NCBI GenBank assembly: GCA_051294905.1
Contig: CM119372.1
Span: 25,236,001-25,300,000, forward strand
DNA length: 64,000 nucleotides
Direction of reading: 5' to 3'
DNA from: Botryllus schlosseri
Taxonomy: Eukaryota
Below the pieces are notes generated by a model. It was not told the DNA's origin. It saw only the letters and a list, made by a program, of their open reading frames with translations, and did not search any database. Shown here piece after piece: positions 1-13,640 of the stretch (its first letter is position 1; every line of letters begins with the position of its first letter). The position numbers and the translations under genes were made by a program.

Positions 1-2325
1 GGGGCGTGAACCCGCTGTCAACTAAAATCTTTTTCGCACATGGCAGCTTCTACTTATTTCTCTATGTATGGTCAGAATTTAATATTTGAATATTCTCTCA
101 TCAACAACTATTACCGTCACTGCCATCCAACTATCAGTTGGGATTTCTAGCGTTCAGGTTGCTTTTTTTAATTTCATGATACGACGATAAGGGGTGTGTG
201 AAATTTTTTTGCTATCATAACGGGGCGTGTCCAAATATGTTCAAGAACCAGTGCCCTAATGACTTCCAGATTTCATATTTTGCAGCAGACTGGCAAATAA
301 CAACAAAATCTATTCTGTAGATCTGCAAAATTTGTATGGACTCAAAGAAACGATTTCTTTGTTATTTAAACAAAAGTGATAGGCATTAACCTGATATAAA
401 TCCTTGTAATGCAAGCCCAAGAATATTTTTGATGCCTGGTTAGCGGGCCCAATTTCATTAAGAGTAAAAAAATACTTTGTTACTTGTTTATCGTGGTAGT
501 GGTAGTGAAACTGATATATTCATTGATTGTTTTTTTACAATAAAATTAGAAATTTACAAGCCATAATTTGATCAATTATAAATATGTTTTAATGATTTGT
601 GTTGATCATGTTTTCCGCTAACGGACGTAACCAATGAATTTGATTCCACGCCATTGTCACAAAAGTTGAAGATACTAAATGATATTTTGTTATCACTATC
701 CCTAATTCCCTATGCATTCATTTTCATGATTGAACGAGTTGCATGATATTTGTAGTGAGTTTGCTCTTGATCATTTGTGATGTTCGTGATTTCATGGAGT
801 ATTCCGGAAACATTTTCAACTGCTGATCTGAATTTATGAAACCCTGTCACAGCAGCTATTGGAAATTTCAATGTTTGCACGTATTTAATCACCCATGTTG
901 GGTATTATAAGCGTCATCTATTCATGAATCAATAAAATCTGATTTTATTTTGAGCCCTGCGTTCCGGTGACTAGTCAACCAGCTACTTTGAGGCTGAACA
1001 CTTTTTAGGTAAACACTTTTAATTTAAACACTTCGCAACACTTCTAGGCGTTCAATTTTTGGATCACGTTTCGTGTTCAGTTTTCCGGGTTGAGCAACAC
1101 TTCAGAATTTACAGTGTAATTGATGCACGGCGAGCGTTTTCACTGGACGATCAGTGCCAATGTGCCCTTTATCTCCGATTTTTTTCTCGTCTGTGATAAC
1201 GAGAGTACTTCAGGTGTCATGTTACAACACAGCGGGACAACTCGCTATTTCGCGTTACAAATAAATATGATATCTTGCCATGTTTTAATCAAATGCCCAA
1301 TGCGGAATCTGTTTGAAACATGAATGAATTTGATACAACTCGGTTGTGTGAGTAACGACTGCCCGGTGCCCGCCTTTCAGTGCTATGGTATCTCGGAGTC
1401 TTGTCCTGCTTTCACACATTCAGCCAAAAATAGAAACAATCATAAACGCATCGGAGGCGCGAAAAATTAGGTATTTCAGCGATTGGCTATGTATTACAGT
1501 TCTATAAATGTTCGATGTAATGTGGTAATAACGAGATGATATAGTCCTGCGTAATCCACATTTGTCTCTTTTGCATCGTAATCCAATTAAGGAATGCTTT
1601 TTCGAATACTAGCCTGAGCCTAAGCCTGGGCCTGAGACGGGCTACTGACATCAACGATTGCATCGCGCTTTTGCACACATTTGGTCTTTACTCTTTACCA
1701 TCCCAATTCCCAACATAGAAAAAATGCTACATCAATTTAGCGAACGATACTATGTTGAATCAAGACTCATCATGGTGCATAATTTGAATTAATCCAGATC
1801 CGCAGAAACGATCTGTGAACATTTCATAGCAAAGGCGAAGGTGTATTTGCGCGAATATTAAACCATGACAATTATGAGATGTGTTAGAGGACGAGTAACG
1901 ATTAGCAAGACGGGCAGTCGTTACTCCAGCAACCAAGCTAGTTCATCGCCACTTTCATCAATAAATAAGAGATTCCGCATTCAACATTATTATTTGTGAA
2001 ATCTGTTATGATACCCGACACGAGGTCGCGTTCTTCGCGCGAAACGGCAATATCTCTGGCTGTATTGTAACTTGATCACGCTGGTCACTTTTGGTAATTA
2101 AGGACAAGTTATGTCTGTTTCTGCTGTTATCTCAGCTGACCAGTTGTGGTGCTATATTGTAATAATACAACTGGGTTACGAGGATGAGTTACGGGCCTAA
2201 ATAAAAAAGATCGGAACGTCGAGCGGGCGTTACATCGAACTGAATCATGTCACAACTTCTCATGATGTATCAGATTCCGACTGCATATATTAACATTCGT
2301 GAATCTGGTTATGGTACCATATTAA

Positions 2326-3621
2326 GGGGCTAGGCTACCCCTCGAAGTGGGAAATCAGTCATATACCATAACTTTGATACCAATGAAGCAATCTTTCTGA
2401 AATTTTGACACAACGTGCTGTGTTGGACATTCGAACTTTGGTGAAAATTTGGTGAAAAATGGTCAACGTTTTTTGACTTTCATCCGATTTTATGGTTTTT
2501 CAAACTATTTTTTTGTGAAAATTTTCGGGCAAAATTTTTGAGTGATATTTTTTCTTGGTGCTTATAATAGATTCAAATTACCCCAAATTTCCGGATGAAA
2601 CTCTTTTTTTTTCAACAATGGTTATTCTCTGGAAAAAAAATTTGAAAATTAAAAACAAATAAAAATTTTTGCAAATTTTTGAGTTGGATGAACCTAAAGG
2701 GAGGGACCCTTCACTTATAAAACAAAATAAACAGTTTCATCCGGAGAAGCATCCCAAGTTACATATACCTGCAAATTTTCCTGTTGATTGGACGATTTTC
2801 TCTGCCTCAAAAATGATTCATAACTTTCAAGGTACGAAAAATTGAAAATTTTGAGAAAAAGCCACTTTAATTTCGTATCATGTAAAAGTCACATTATCAC
2901 TCTGAAAATCCAAACTTTCACACAGTTAATAGTCTAAAAAGCGCCAAGATGCTATATTTTCCTTCTGTATTGCCATGTTTTCTGCTTTTGACAGCCCTGT
3001 CCATTCGTTCACAGTTCTGAATGAGTAGATTTCCATTCTTTGACTTTCCATTCCCCCCCCCTTGATTTCCCACGTTTTGCAATAGTCGCTCAACAGTCGA
3101 CCATAAAACAGTGAATGAGAATGGCTCGAACAAAATCCGATTCCGTGGTCAATTGCATGTCTTGACAAATGCCATGACACATCAAATGACACTGTGATAG
3201 ATGTGACACTCCAATCCAGCCTCTAACAGTGATCAATATCAGCTTTGATTGACAAAAAACAGTCACCAAATCCAGTCACTGAGAACCTACGAACCACCAG
3301 CTGCAAAGTGCTGAGACCGGCATACCGTTTGTTTTGATCTGTTGTAACGCATCGTTAATTACACCATAGATATCCTCAAAAGCCCTAGATCGACAGCGAC
3401 GTGCGTAGGTAATTAGGGCTCGGATATTCGCGGTGGTTGTAGCCGAGTTCACAATTATGGGGGGAAATTGACTACATGGTCTCATGAAAAAATCAATTTG
3501 TGACACTTAGGTGAATCCAATCATTATAATACTTGGGTATATGAAAGATGACATCTAATACAACAAATATCCACAATAAAAAAAATTGATACTTTTTCAA
3601 TTTCTGGGGTAGCCTAGCCCT
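2326..3621. mobile_element. TIR element, Kolobok-like (TTAA-preceded, purine termini)
   Basis: TTAA|GGGGCTAGGCTACCCC ... GGGGTAGCCTAGCCCT; the right-hand TTAA is not preserved. Confidence 0.6.
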
Positions 3622-3837
3622 GCCGAGGCCGCTACTCATCTGAATGCGAAATTATAAGATCTCCCGCTGCTGCGTTGACTGAAATATGATCTGCGCGCGC
3701 CTGTTGTCGATGTCGTAACTTGCTCTCAGTAGTTAGAGGCGCGCATACGAAGAGACGTACTCGGGCTGCTAGAGATTGTAGCGTACGACATTGGCGGTAT
3801 ATTTTGCTATAACAGGGCTATGTATATGCGTATAGAG

Positions 3838-4260
3838 TAGGCTTACCATACGTCCTCTTTTAAGAGGATTTGTCCTCTTTTTTGACTTTTTTGAAAGCGT
3901 CCTCGGAGGACCCCCTTTTGTTCTCTTTTTTGAGATTTAGTCCTCTTTTTTGAAAATTTAGGTCAGATTTAGAGCAGATTGCGAGTGATATGACGCAAAT
4001 TAGCACAGAAGTGACGCTCCGGCGGGTATTTCGGATTGAAAAACGTTTTTTTTTTTTTTTTTTAGTCATCCACCTGGCAATGTGGAGAGAAAAACGTTTT
4101 TTTGATCTCTGGGCGGAATAGATGACCTTTTTTTTTTCAAGTCAACCGATCGCGAAGTGGTAAAAATTAACCGGTTTTTGAGAATTCTACTCCGGTTTTG
4201 CAAGTTGCAAATTTCTGAAAAAGTGTCCTCTTTTTAGATTTCCAAAATATGGTAAGCCTA
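3838..4260. mobile_element. hAT-like MITE
   Basis: TIR TAGGCTTACCATA...TATGGTAAGCCTA; perfect 8-bp TSD GTATAGAG. Confidence 0.88.
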
Positions 4261-5220
4261 GTATAGAGTTGTTAACATATGAGCGAGATTATCTGATTCC
4301 TGTATTAGAAGCACTTGTGCATACAATTAGCCTGATAAATCGGGTATAATTCAGAACATCCTTTGTCGACAAAACACCCCCCTTTACTTTAGAACACCCC
4401 CCTTTATTCTCGGCTGGCTACGCCCCTTTCACCTAATTTGAATATCGACTGAATATATCGGTGTTATCGGTGAAGGTGTTAGATATCGGTTCTATCGGTA
4501 TCGGCCCAAAAATCCAATATCGGTCGGGCTCAAATAGATTTTGAATCGCGAGAAGCGCGAAGTTTAAGAAATCTCTCACAAAATACTCTCAGATTTATAT
4601 TGATTTACGAAATAATTTTGGGCCCCCTTAGAGCTCGCCTCCATAGTTTGATTAACTGAGTGGTCACTCGACCTGATTTAAGCCCGGAAGACTTTCGGAA
4701 GTTGAGCTCAACTACATACTAAAGATTCGCTTCGCGAGTTTTATGATGTATGCACGAAGGGGATAGCTTGCTCATAAAGTATGCGATGCATGCTGCCTTG
4801 TTTAGAACTGAATTTAAACGTATTTCAATGCTATCGTGAGTTGAAGTAAGTCGATACAGCCATTTCCTTGCTAACCTCTTCTCAATACACCTTTGAGTAC
4901 TTACTGATTCACTATTAGACGTATATTTCAGTGAAACTTGAGTTTCTCATAATATTGTTATTTGGTTGATCTTGCTCTCCTTATGACATCATATTCCAAA
5001 ATGGATGCAACTTTAACTGCGGCGAGTACTGATGACTGATGAGCTGATACTGCTCATTGTCAGTGCTTGTTAGAAATGTGATATAAGAAACGATTTATTT
5101 ACTATCATCACACGAAAAACAAGCAGTTTGATGGGATGTTAAAGGTATAAATGGCAGGATAGTCTGATAGATATAACAACAGCATTTTGAATTTCCACGA
5201 AAATATAGGCTACTTTTAAG

Positions 5221-6254
5221 CAGCGTTGCCACTCGAGATTCGTGAAAAATACTAGATTTGCCAACTAAATAACACTATCGACAAAAAATACACTGGTTTT
5301 GAAATTTAGGCCAAAACTATTGAGTAAATCATGAACGACAAAGAAAATGATGTGATTAACAACAATAACATCACGATTATACTCAGTAAATGACAAAATT
5401 AGCACGTTTGTGCAATCTTTCGACATCTGACAATATTGCCAGGTATTTTATTTCCCCATAACAAAATTTTACTTCAGTTCAGATCAAAAGTAAAAACGCA
5501 AGAATATGAAAATCGGTGGAACATAATACACTCAAATTTTTACACTGTCAAGGGCTCAAAGGAATCTACACAAGAACCCTGTACCCAGTATCTTGTGTGG
5601 AAGACTGCCTATCACAAATTTATACTTCGTCTTTATGACACCTCGTCATTTTTCAAATAATACGGCCCTATAAATTTACTTTCTGGCATGGCATTCGACC
5701 AAGGATACATACCTGCGTGAATATCGCCGGGCTTTAGGATACATACACCTATGGTAGCCATTCAATATTGGGTCCAGTCAAATGGAGAAAGATCGCCTAA
5801 CCTATCCGCCTCGTGTAAGTAATACAGTTTTCACTTTCTGGGACTTGCAACCTGGTCTCAGGCTAGGATGAAAACTACGGTAACCTTGATGGCTGGCCCG
5901 GGCTATTTCAGTTTTTGTCATAGAAACTTCACCCGTACTAGGATCATGTTTACAAACTGCCAGTCCTGGATTTAATCTCAGGATATTAAACAGTCTGCTA
6001 CTGATAGAAATGTGAGGCAAGCTTGACATCGTCCTATTGGGTTGATTCATGTGCCAAATGAGCAAGTGTAGACAAATATTAATGGGTAACTCTCCAAGAA
6101 CAAATTATTTGAAGCCCATCAAAATAGCATTCTCATTTACAAATATTTTTTCAACACTAGATTTGCCGAGTTTCGAAAAAAATACACTAGAACGCCAGGT
6201 CAAGTCAAAATACATACTGAATCTGATGTAAAAGCACTAGGAGTGGCAACCCTG
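5221..6254. mobile_element. hAT-like MITE
   Basis: TIR CAGCGTTGCCACTC...GAGTGGCAACCCTG; TSD CTTTTAAG/CTTTCAAG; subterminal AAATACACTAG repeats. Confidence 0.8.
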
Positions 6255-7277
6255 CTTTCAAGAATACTGTTCTGCTGTATGTCCTATTTGGCATACCTTG
6301 CCAATTTGCATAGGAAATTTATGCCGTACTTGCGATTAGTTGTGGTGCTCCATGTGGTTCCGGGATGTTGCAGCCCAAACCCGGGACCGCATTCGGATTT
6401 GAAAAATTTGCTCATTACTGGCAGAGATGAGCATCGATTTACATTTGGATTTAAACCAAAAGCGAATTTGAATATTTTAGTCAGATTTATATCAGATTCC
6501 GACTCTTTTTTCTAAACTTTATATTTCAACTTGAATATAAAATTTCTAATATTTTATATTTTCATATTCTATTTTGAAGAATATTGGACATTTTTTTATA
6601 TAATGTTAACAGCTTAATCCAAATCCTGGATTCATATTGTACAGCCCCTGTTCATTGTTCATCGTCACCTTTTCGGCTAGTTTGACATCTGCTAATCTCT
6701 TATATTGTTTGATAGGCAAAGAGAAATCAAGACAACAGAAGGAATTCTCGCGCCAAAATACCGAAATGGATGCGACTGAATGATCCTTTTCTTTGATGCG
6801 AATCAAATACTGTTCGCTCAAACTGAACAAGCATGTTGCAGTGATTATTAGGGGTATGAATATAAATGTGAGTAGTAGTGTACCGCATCATAAAGTGGCG
6901 ATATCAGAAGATTTACACATCTACATGAATGCGAAATTTACAGCTCCACAAATATAGCAACGTAAATTAACTTTTGTGTTATACAGCTCCGTGTCGCCTG
7001 TCAAACGTTATAATGTGGAATCAATATCGCATCAGACAATATGTTTATAGCGTAAATATTGGATGCTCGGTAGTATCTTTTATCGACACCGAATGAGTTC
7101 ACGATCCTGGATCCGATGGAGAGAATGAATCCGACAGTTTATTTGATTTTTGCGACCGCTGATTGCATCGTGAACCTCAATAGAATTCCTCCCATAATAT
7201 CCATTTTCATCTCGAAACAAAGTTGTGCGCGCTTAATGCCTATACTTCGATAGTTATACAGTTTGGATGGATGCACG

Positions 7278-8259
7278 CAGTGTTGGGATGACTCGAGTCA
7301 TGACTTGACTCGAGTCAGACTCGAGTCACCTTTTTCGTATGACTTGACTTGACTCGAGTCACTTAGCTAAAATGACTTGACTTGACTTGACTCGGCGTAT
7401 CAGAAATGTGGATTGACTCGTGACTCGGAGCAAAATTCACGAGTCAATTTCAAGTCATCAAGTAATCGGTGCCGATAAAAATCACTGTATCTAGCATATG
7501 TTCGGATTGTTCGCACCGCTGGTGTAACCCATGAGAGCGACCAATCATTCAATAACCATGCGTTTTACTGAGCCTTCATTGATCTCTCACAATTAAATTG
7601 ACCACAAACGAAGTGATCGAAGCTTACAGCTTACGTTGTCGTAAACTAGTAGTAAAGTAATTTAAAAGCAAAATTACTATTTCTATTTTCTGTTCTTACC
7701 TTAACCAAACCTCTCGTTTTATTGAAATTAAATTCGAATGTAGTTTATAACATAGGCCTACTCCCCAACCATTGGCGCAGACTCGAATTGCATCATATCA
7801 ATATGTATAAATGATATTGCATTTTATCAATTCATTTCTCTATGCTTTATGCTCTATTTTCGAGGGTAACTATAAACTGAGGCTATGCAATTACATACGG
7901 AATTCAACAGTTCTACGTATATGTGAGCGATACAGCTACTTCTTGCGTGTATATTTAACTCTATAGTCGTTCATAAGTTTAGAATCAATGACCACTCAAT
8001 CTGTATTTCAGACAGATAGCAAAATGCAATGACGTAATCATGCCTCATACTTCGAAAACGCAACTTGACTTGAATTGTGACTTGACTCGTGACTTGACTT
8101 GAATTGACTCGACTCGACTCGGGTCGCCTCCAAAATCTAGTGACCTGACTTGACTCGAGTCACTTTTGACAATCGAATGACTTGACTTGACTTGAGTCAA
8201 AATGTGCAATGACTCGAAATGACTCGTGACTCGAAGGTAGGTACTTGATCCCAACACTG
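7278..8259. mobile_element. MITE with (GACTC/GACTT)n subterminal arrays
   Basis: TIR CAGTGTTGGGAT...ATCCCAACACTG; a partial copy of the right end lies at ~14700-14858. Confidence 0.8.
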
Positions 8260-9119
8260 GGATACAGAATGGATGATAATTTTGCTTCAGCTTGCATCCT
8301 CTTTCCACCGCATTGTTGTTACAATTCGTGATTCAGAAAACCATCTGATAATTTGAGCTGTCGTGGATATTGATGATGTATGGCGGGCAACTTCTCCTGT
8401 CGGCAGGCCAGGCATGAATAAAAACGAAGCATTTGGCAGGTCGGATCATAATTACGTGACATCACTTATATTACGTAGTGACCGCAGATGTCGTCAAAAT
8501 ATACGAGTTGATCAACAATTTGGCAAGGGCAGGATAAAATCCGACGCAGGTCGTAAGCGCTGTTCGTATAAGATGTCCCTGATGTGTGGTGTTCTAACCT
8601 CCTATATAGTGTCGTTGGTTGCTTTGGAGAACAGATTCCCAAACCTTTTGTATCCACGTGCCATTTCGAGCTTTTCTACCGAGTCAACGTACCAACACCA
8701 TTACACCTTGATATCTCGGCCGGTTACTGATTTGGAAATGCTATGGGCCGCTGTTTTAGCTTGGCTACATTAGTATACCGAGTGTGGCGCAAATGGTGTT
8801 GCTGTGACGCAAAATTTGGTAAGCTGATCAGATACGGTATCTTTTGAAATGGTGACAAGGCTAGACAAGGAGCGATACAGTCAATCGCACGAAGCGCTAA
8901 AAATAATATTTTAAAATTTATTAAACTTGTTCACAAATAGTCTTGCAGCAGTTATAGGAAATAATTTCCGCGATAGGGAATATGAAACAATCCTGACTTG
9001 TCCCACATCTGCGAGCCCGCAATGTAAACTGACGTTGCTATTTAGCAGCGAACAACCGAGCATACTAGTTTGTTTGTGCTATAAGTTGTTGTTTGCGGTA
9101 TTCATGGTGCTTGTCAACT

Positions 9120-9359
9120 ACAATAGTCATTTACACCAGGCCGATTTTCTTTATTTCGATTCCGTAACTGTCGACTTGTAGCACGGCCCACTTGTAGCCT
9201 CTTTTAAAGACACTGCTCATGCGAAGGAGATGGAGAGGATGAGCTCAGACAAACCTCCAATGAATTCTGGAGTCGACCTCGGTCGGACTCGAACCCGCAA
9301 ACCAGTCAGTGGTGTTGCAGGTTGCAGCTGTTGATTATACCACTATGCCATATCGCCAC
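9120..9359 (-). mobile_element. tRNA-derived SINE
   Basis: On the minus strand: A box TGGCATAGTGG and B box GGTTCGAGTCC followed by GAGGTCGACTC. No cloverleaf. The 3' boundary is approximate. Confidence 0.65.
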
Positions 9360-10381
9360 TATGTTTGTGCTATAGGTCACCACTTCATTGACGAGTCGTA
9401 TTAACTGATTGATGACATAGGGATTCTTAGTCTTAATTGTACAAATTAGTTTTGGGAGGGCTCGGCGTCACTTGGATACAAAGCTTTAAAATTAGAAATT
9501 TTGACATACTGTTTTTTGTTCACAATTTTATAGGTGTCCTGAGGTTATTCTCTTACCACTTGAGAGGCTTCGAGGTTTGGCCGATTTTTTTCGAGTCAAA
9601 AGTGAATTCATAGTTAGTGTTATTTTTAACTCATCGACCAATATAAATAAGAATTCAGATACAGCATTTCTAAGTTATGTACACAATACACGCACGCATT
9701 AGTTTAGATGGCGACTAAGTCGACTTGGAGTTTTTCGAGCTAAAAATGACTTCATAGTTAGTGCTATTTCGAACAATTTTTAACCAACTTCACGACGAAT
9801 GTAAATGAAAACTCCGATTTGTTGCAACATAACTTTCCAAGTTTCGTGTACAATACACATGCGAAAGTATAAGTTTAGTTGCGAGATCAGTCGATTTGTA
9901 GTCTTTCGAGCTACTGCTTATTATTTACAAAGTTCGTGCTATTTCAAGACAATTATTAGCCAATTTCCCGACCGATAAAAACTGAAATTCGGATATAACG
10001 TAATGCACAATGCTTATGAATTTAGTTGCGCGATTAGCGCATTTGGAGTTATTCGCGCTCGAAATAATTTTATCGTTGGTGTTATTATGAAAAATATTTG
10101 ACATACTAATGTAGTGGTTCTCGACCTTTATGACCTTGCAGCACTCTATCAATGGGATATATAGTTCGCGGTATCCCAACATGGATAAACTTACGAGGTT
10201 TGGGCATTTTTAAGAACGGTGTAAAATAGCGCCGAATAAGTTGTGAAGTATATTGCAAGTCAACATATTCATAGCAATAATAATGCGTTGAAATCTTATC
10301 GGAAGAAAGGCAGCTACTTCAAAATCCTTCAACGCCTTTAGACACACTGCGTATGTATAGCGACTTGCCGCATATATATTA

Positions 10382-10931
10382 CGGGTGTTGAAAAATGACT
10401 TTTTTTAAAATTGTACTGACTACTTGATAAAATTGTTAGGTTACCTAATTGAAGGCTGTGCACCAAATTTGGTTCAATTCCAACCAGTAGCCGCATTGCG
10501 ACAGGAGAAGAATTTTTTTATTTATTATATAAAATTGAATATAATATATTCCAAAATTTTCTGTTCACCCCATGAAATTGTTAGGTTTTCTATAGAAACG
10601 ATGCTCACCAAATTTGGCTCAATTCCAACCACAGCGGAAGCGGAGTTATTGCCGTCGAAAACTTTGGATTTGAAAATAAATAGTATTTACGGTGGAAAAT
10701 TCTTTGATTAAATTTAATTTTAACCTAGCAATTTCATGGGATTATCAAAAAATTTTGAGTTTTTTTTCATTTATTTTTAGATAAAAAATAAAAAACTTTA
10801 TTTTCCTGTAGCAATGCGGCTACTGGTTCGAATTGAACCAAATTTGGGGTACAACCTTTAATTAGGTGACCTAACAATTTTATCAAGTAGCCAGTACAAT
10901 TTGAGAAAGTAAGTCATTTTTGAGCACCCCG
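10382..10931. mobile_element. Foldback/long-TIR MITE
   Basis: GGGTGTTGAAAAATGAC..GTACTGACTACTTGATAAAATTGTTAGG is mirrored by CCTAACAATTTTATCAAGTAGCCAGTAC..GTCATTTTTGAGCACCC. Shares motifs with 61167-61767. Confidence 0.8.
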
Positions 10932-13394
10932 AATGTATATGTAATTGGAAGCGATGTGTACATGTACAATTATAGTGTCCCATAGTGGTGTGGACACAGC
11001 GGAATCGAACGTCTCACCGCGTATACACTTTCCATTTGGCAAGAGGCAAAGACGCAACAAAGCCGTCTGGAATTATGATGCCGCAGGTCAGGAGCAAGTT
11101 AGCATTAGATTAGATTATGTCGATATAAGCGGAACTGTCAGCTTCATACATGCGTCGGCAATGAATGCTTGGTAGAAGCCATACTGCAGTTTGGCAGTGT
11201 ATAACGAACTGTTTCGGGACCATAAACGCATCATAGAATGGAGAATAAGTTCCTCGTAGTACAGAATTTGAATATTGCAACGAACAACTCATCCATATTC
11301 GCAATTTATTCACTCTAAGCTTTTCAACTGACACTCATCGGGAGCGGCCGTCAGTAAATAGGGAGATTGCAAATCGAAATATAAAGATGAAATAGGTAGT
11401 GTGACGTAAGAATGGTATAAAAACAACAACGAGAGAATTCACAAAACGAAAGCGTTAAGCAAAAATGCAATTAACGCAATACAAATTGGCTATATAGCCG
11501 GAGACGCAACACTAATGAAATACACGGAGAGAATAGAGCCGGTCTTTTTGTCGACGAAGAATCGGTTGCTCGAGTTTTATTATAGTCGATTCGAGAACTT
11601 TTAAATGGAGCAGAGTACGCAACCAATCTTGAATACGTGTGACGTCAGTCTGAAGTGCTCGGTTTGGAGACGAAACAAGATCAATTCAAAAAGGCGATTT
11701 GATTGACTTCTGGCGCGTTGCCGATATCGATGATTGTAACATCCAGTAGCGGTATCCTCTCTCATCTGCATGGAAGTCCGCTTGTCGTTGGTCTCGACAG
11801 AGCTGGTAATGAATGATCGCTTTAGCCTCAACCAAAACTAATATCTCCTGTTGACTTTGGTGCAGTGTCGTGTCTGTACGACAGAATGTGTTCAAGATAT
11901 AATCACGCACGCACAGATTGTAACAGTGTACACTACAATCAGAGCGTACCGGCAATATACGGATCATTCTATGGGTGTCGTCATAAAATTGGCACTTGAT
12001 GGGGCAAATAAATACCACAAAAAAACACAAAAAATCTTGGTGGGCAGGAGTACCACCACAATTCATTCCATAGATCAGTCGAGAGCTGCATAGTATCGGA
12101 TTACCCAAAATCATCTCAAAGTCTATCGGGAAAAGGACTTCGTACTACTCGGCGATGGAGGTCAGGCGGTTGCGTAGCATGTCTACTCTATTCAACGAAC
12201 TTTGGTAGGTTAGTTGATTTAACGTATTTGGAGGGAGAACTGGTGTTAATATTATCTTGGAAAGTTTACTTTATGCAGATTTGTAGCCCGTGTTTCAGAC
12301 TTTCATGCTATTGCGCAAAAAGCACGCCTTTGTTTGGTTTGGGTAAACACTTCAATGTCACTGTGACATCTCATCTTGAACTTCTTCGTTGGAATTTATT
12401 AGGTGGAATTAATACATCATTTTACAGACGTGGTACCACTGCTGTTGTCGTATCAATTTATGGAAGTCTTGTTTAAACAATAAAGATATACACATCGTTA
12501 AAAGGGTTACATATAAGAGATAGACTTTCCACGAAACTGAAGAATAATTGTGAAACACCTGGTACAGTAACTGGTGAGTTATATCGTTTCATTGTTATCA
12601 TATGAAATATATTATATAGCTGAAATTATTCTATTGTGTCGTATTCAAAGTAAACAATTATCCAATCCCTATCACGTAATACAGTACTGTTGGAAATAGG
12701 CACACGCTTCATGTCAACCATTAGGGCCTTTGACGAACCGTTCGAATGACAAGTGTTGCATCATTGGCTTTGTTAGTAGGTTGCGACAGAGACTTACAGC
12801 TGAGAGACATATCCAAACACAAAATCTCAACTAGAACATTGAATTAAGACGACGTATGATTAACTTGAAGGTAAATCCCCAAATTCGTATGCTCTACTTT
12901 GAAGCGGGCGAATATTTACATTTTCCGAAGAATCAATGGTGAAAGATCTTGTGTATATCTGATATCATTTAAACGAGAGGATAGAACTCAATATCATCAC
13001 AATGATTAGAACTGCAGGGGATACGAGACGTAGAACATTCTCAATTATATTTTCATTCGGTTTTACGTTGCATCTGCTTGTGTAAGACTATCAGATAGTG
13101 CTTGATAACAGATCTACCCGGCATTGAAGATGCATGTCGGTAACAGAGCCTAGCGTGCGGTATCGGCTTATGAAGTCAACCGGATAGCCCAATAATTTTT
13201 CGTATAGCAGGGAAATGTATTGGTTATGTCATGCCACATCGACAGAAAGGTCGAGATCCATTCAAGATCATCGGCATGCGAACAACACTATATCTTCATA
13301 GATGTTTATGACCGTTATAATGTATACTGTATTGCAGTGTTTGGATGGCTTGAGTCACGTTTTTGAATGACTCTAATCGGACTCGACGAATGCG

Positions 13395-13640
13395 AGGGAT
13401 TGTGTGCACGTGAGGTTCACGTTCGCGTTCTGTGTGTGAACCTCAGAAATTTGGAGAGCTTCACGTTCACAAATGAACCTTGGTAGGTTCTGCACTGTGA
13501 ACCTTTTTCATAAAATACAATTTGTCTCGTCATTATAACATCTTTGGTTGGAATTCTTTGTATCTCAACATCGGACAACTCTATGCATGGCGCTGGTAGC
13601 AAAAAAATCAGCACCAAACGAGCATGCACCTTGCCAATCT
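13395..13640 (+). mobile_element. 5' fragment of the same MITE family
   Basis: AGGGATTGTGTGCACGTGAGGTTCACGTTCGCG...GAGCATGCACCTTG matches the first ~250 nt of the family. Confidence 0.8.

Noticed and set aside
710..892. Minus-strand 60-aa ORF as a terminal exon
   Set aside because: There is an in-frame stop just upstream, no convincing acceptor and no recognisable homology.
8363..8773. 136-aa ORF
   Set aside because: GTG start, no recognisable motif and no supporting splice structure; probably chance.
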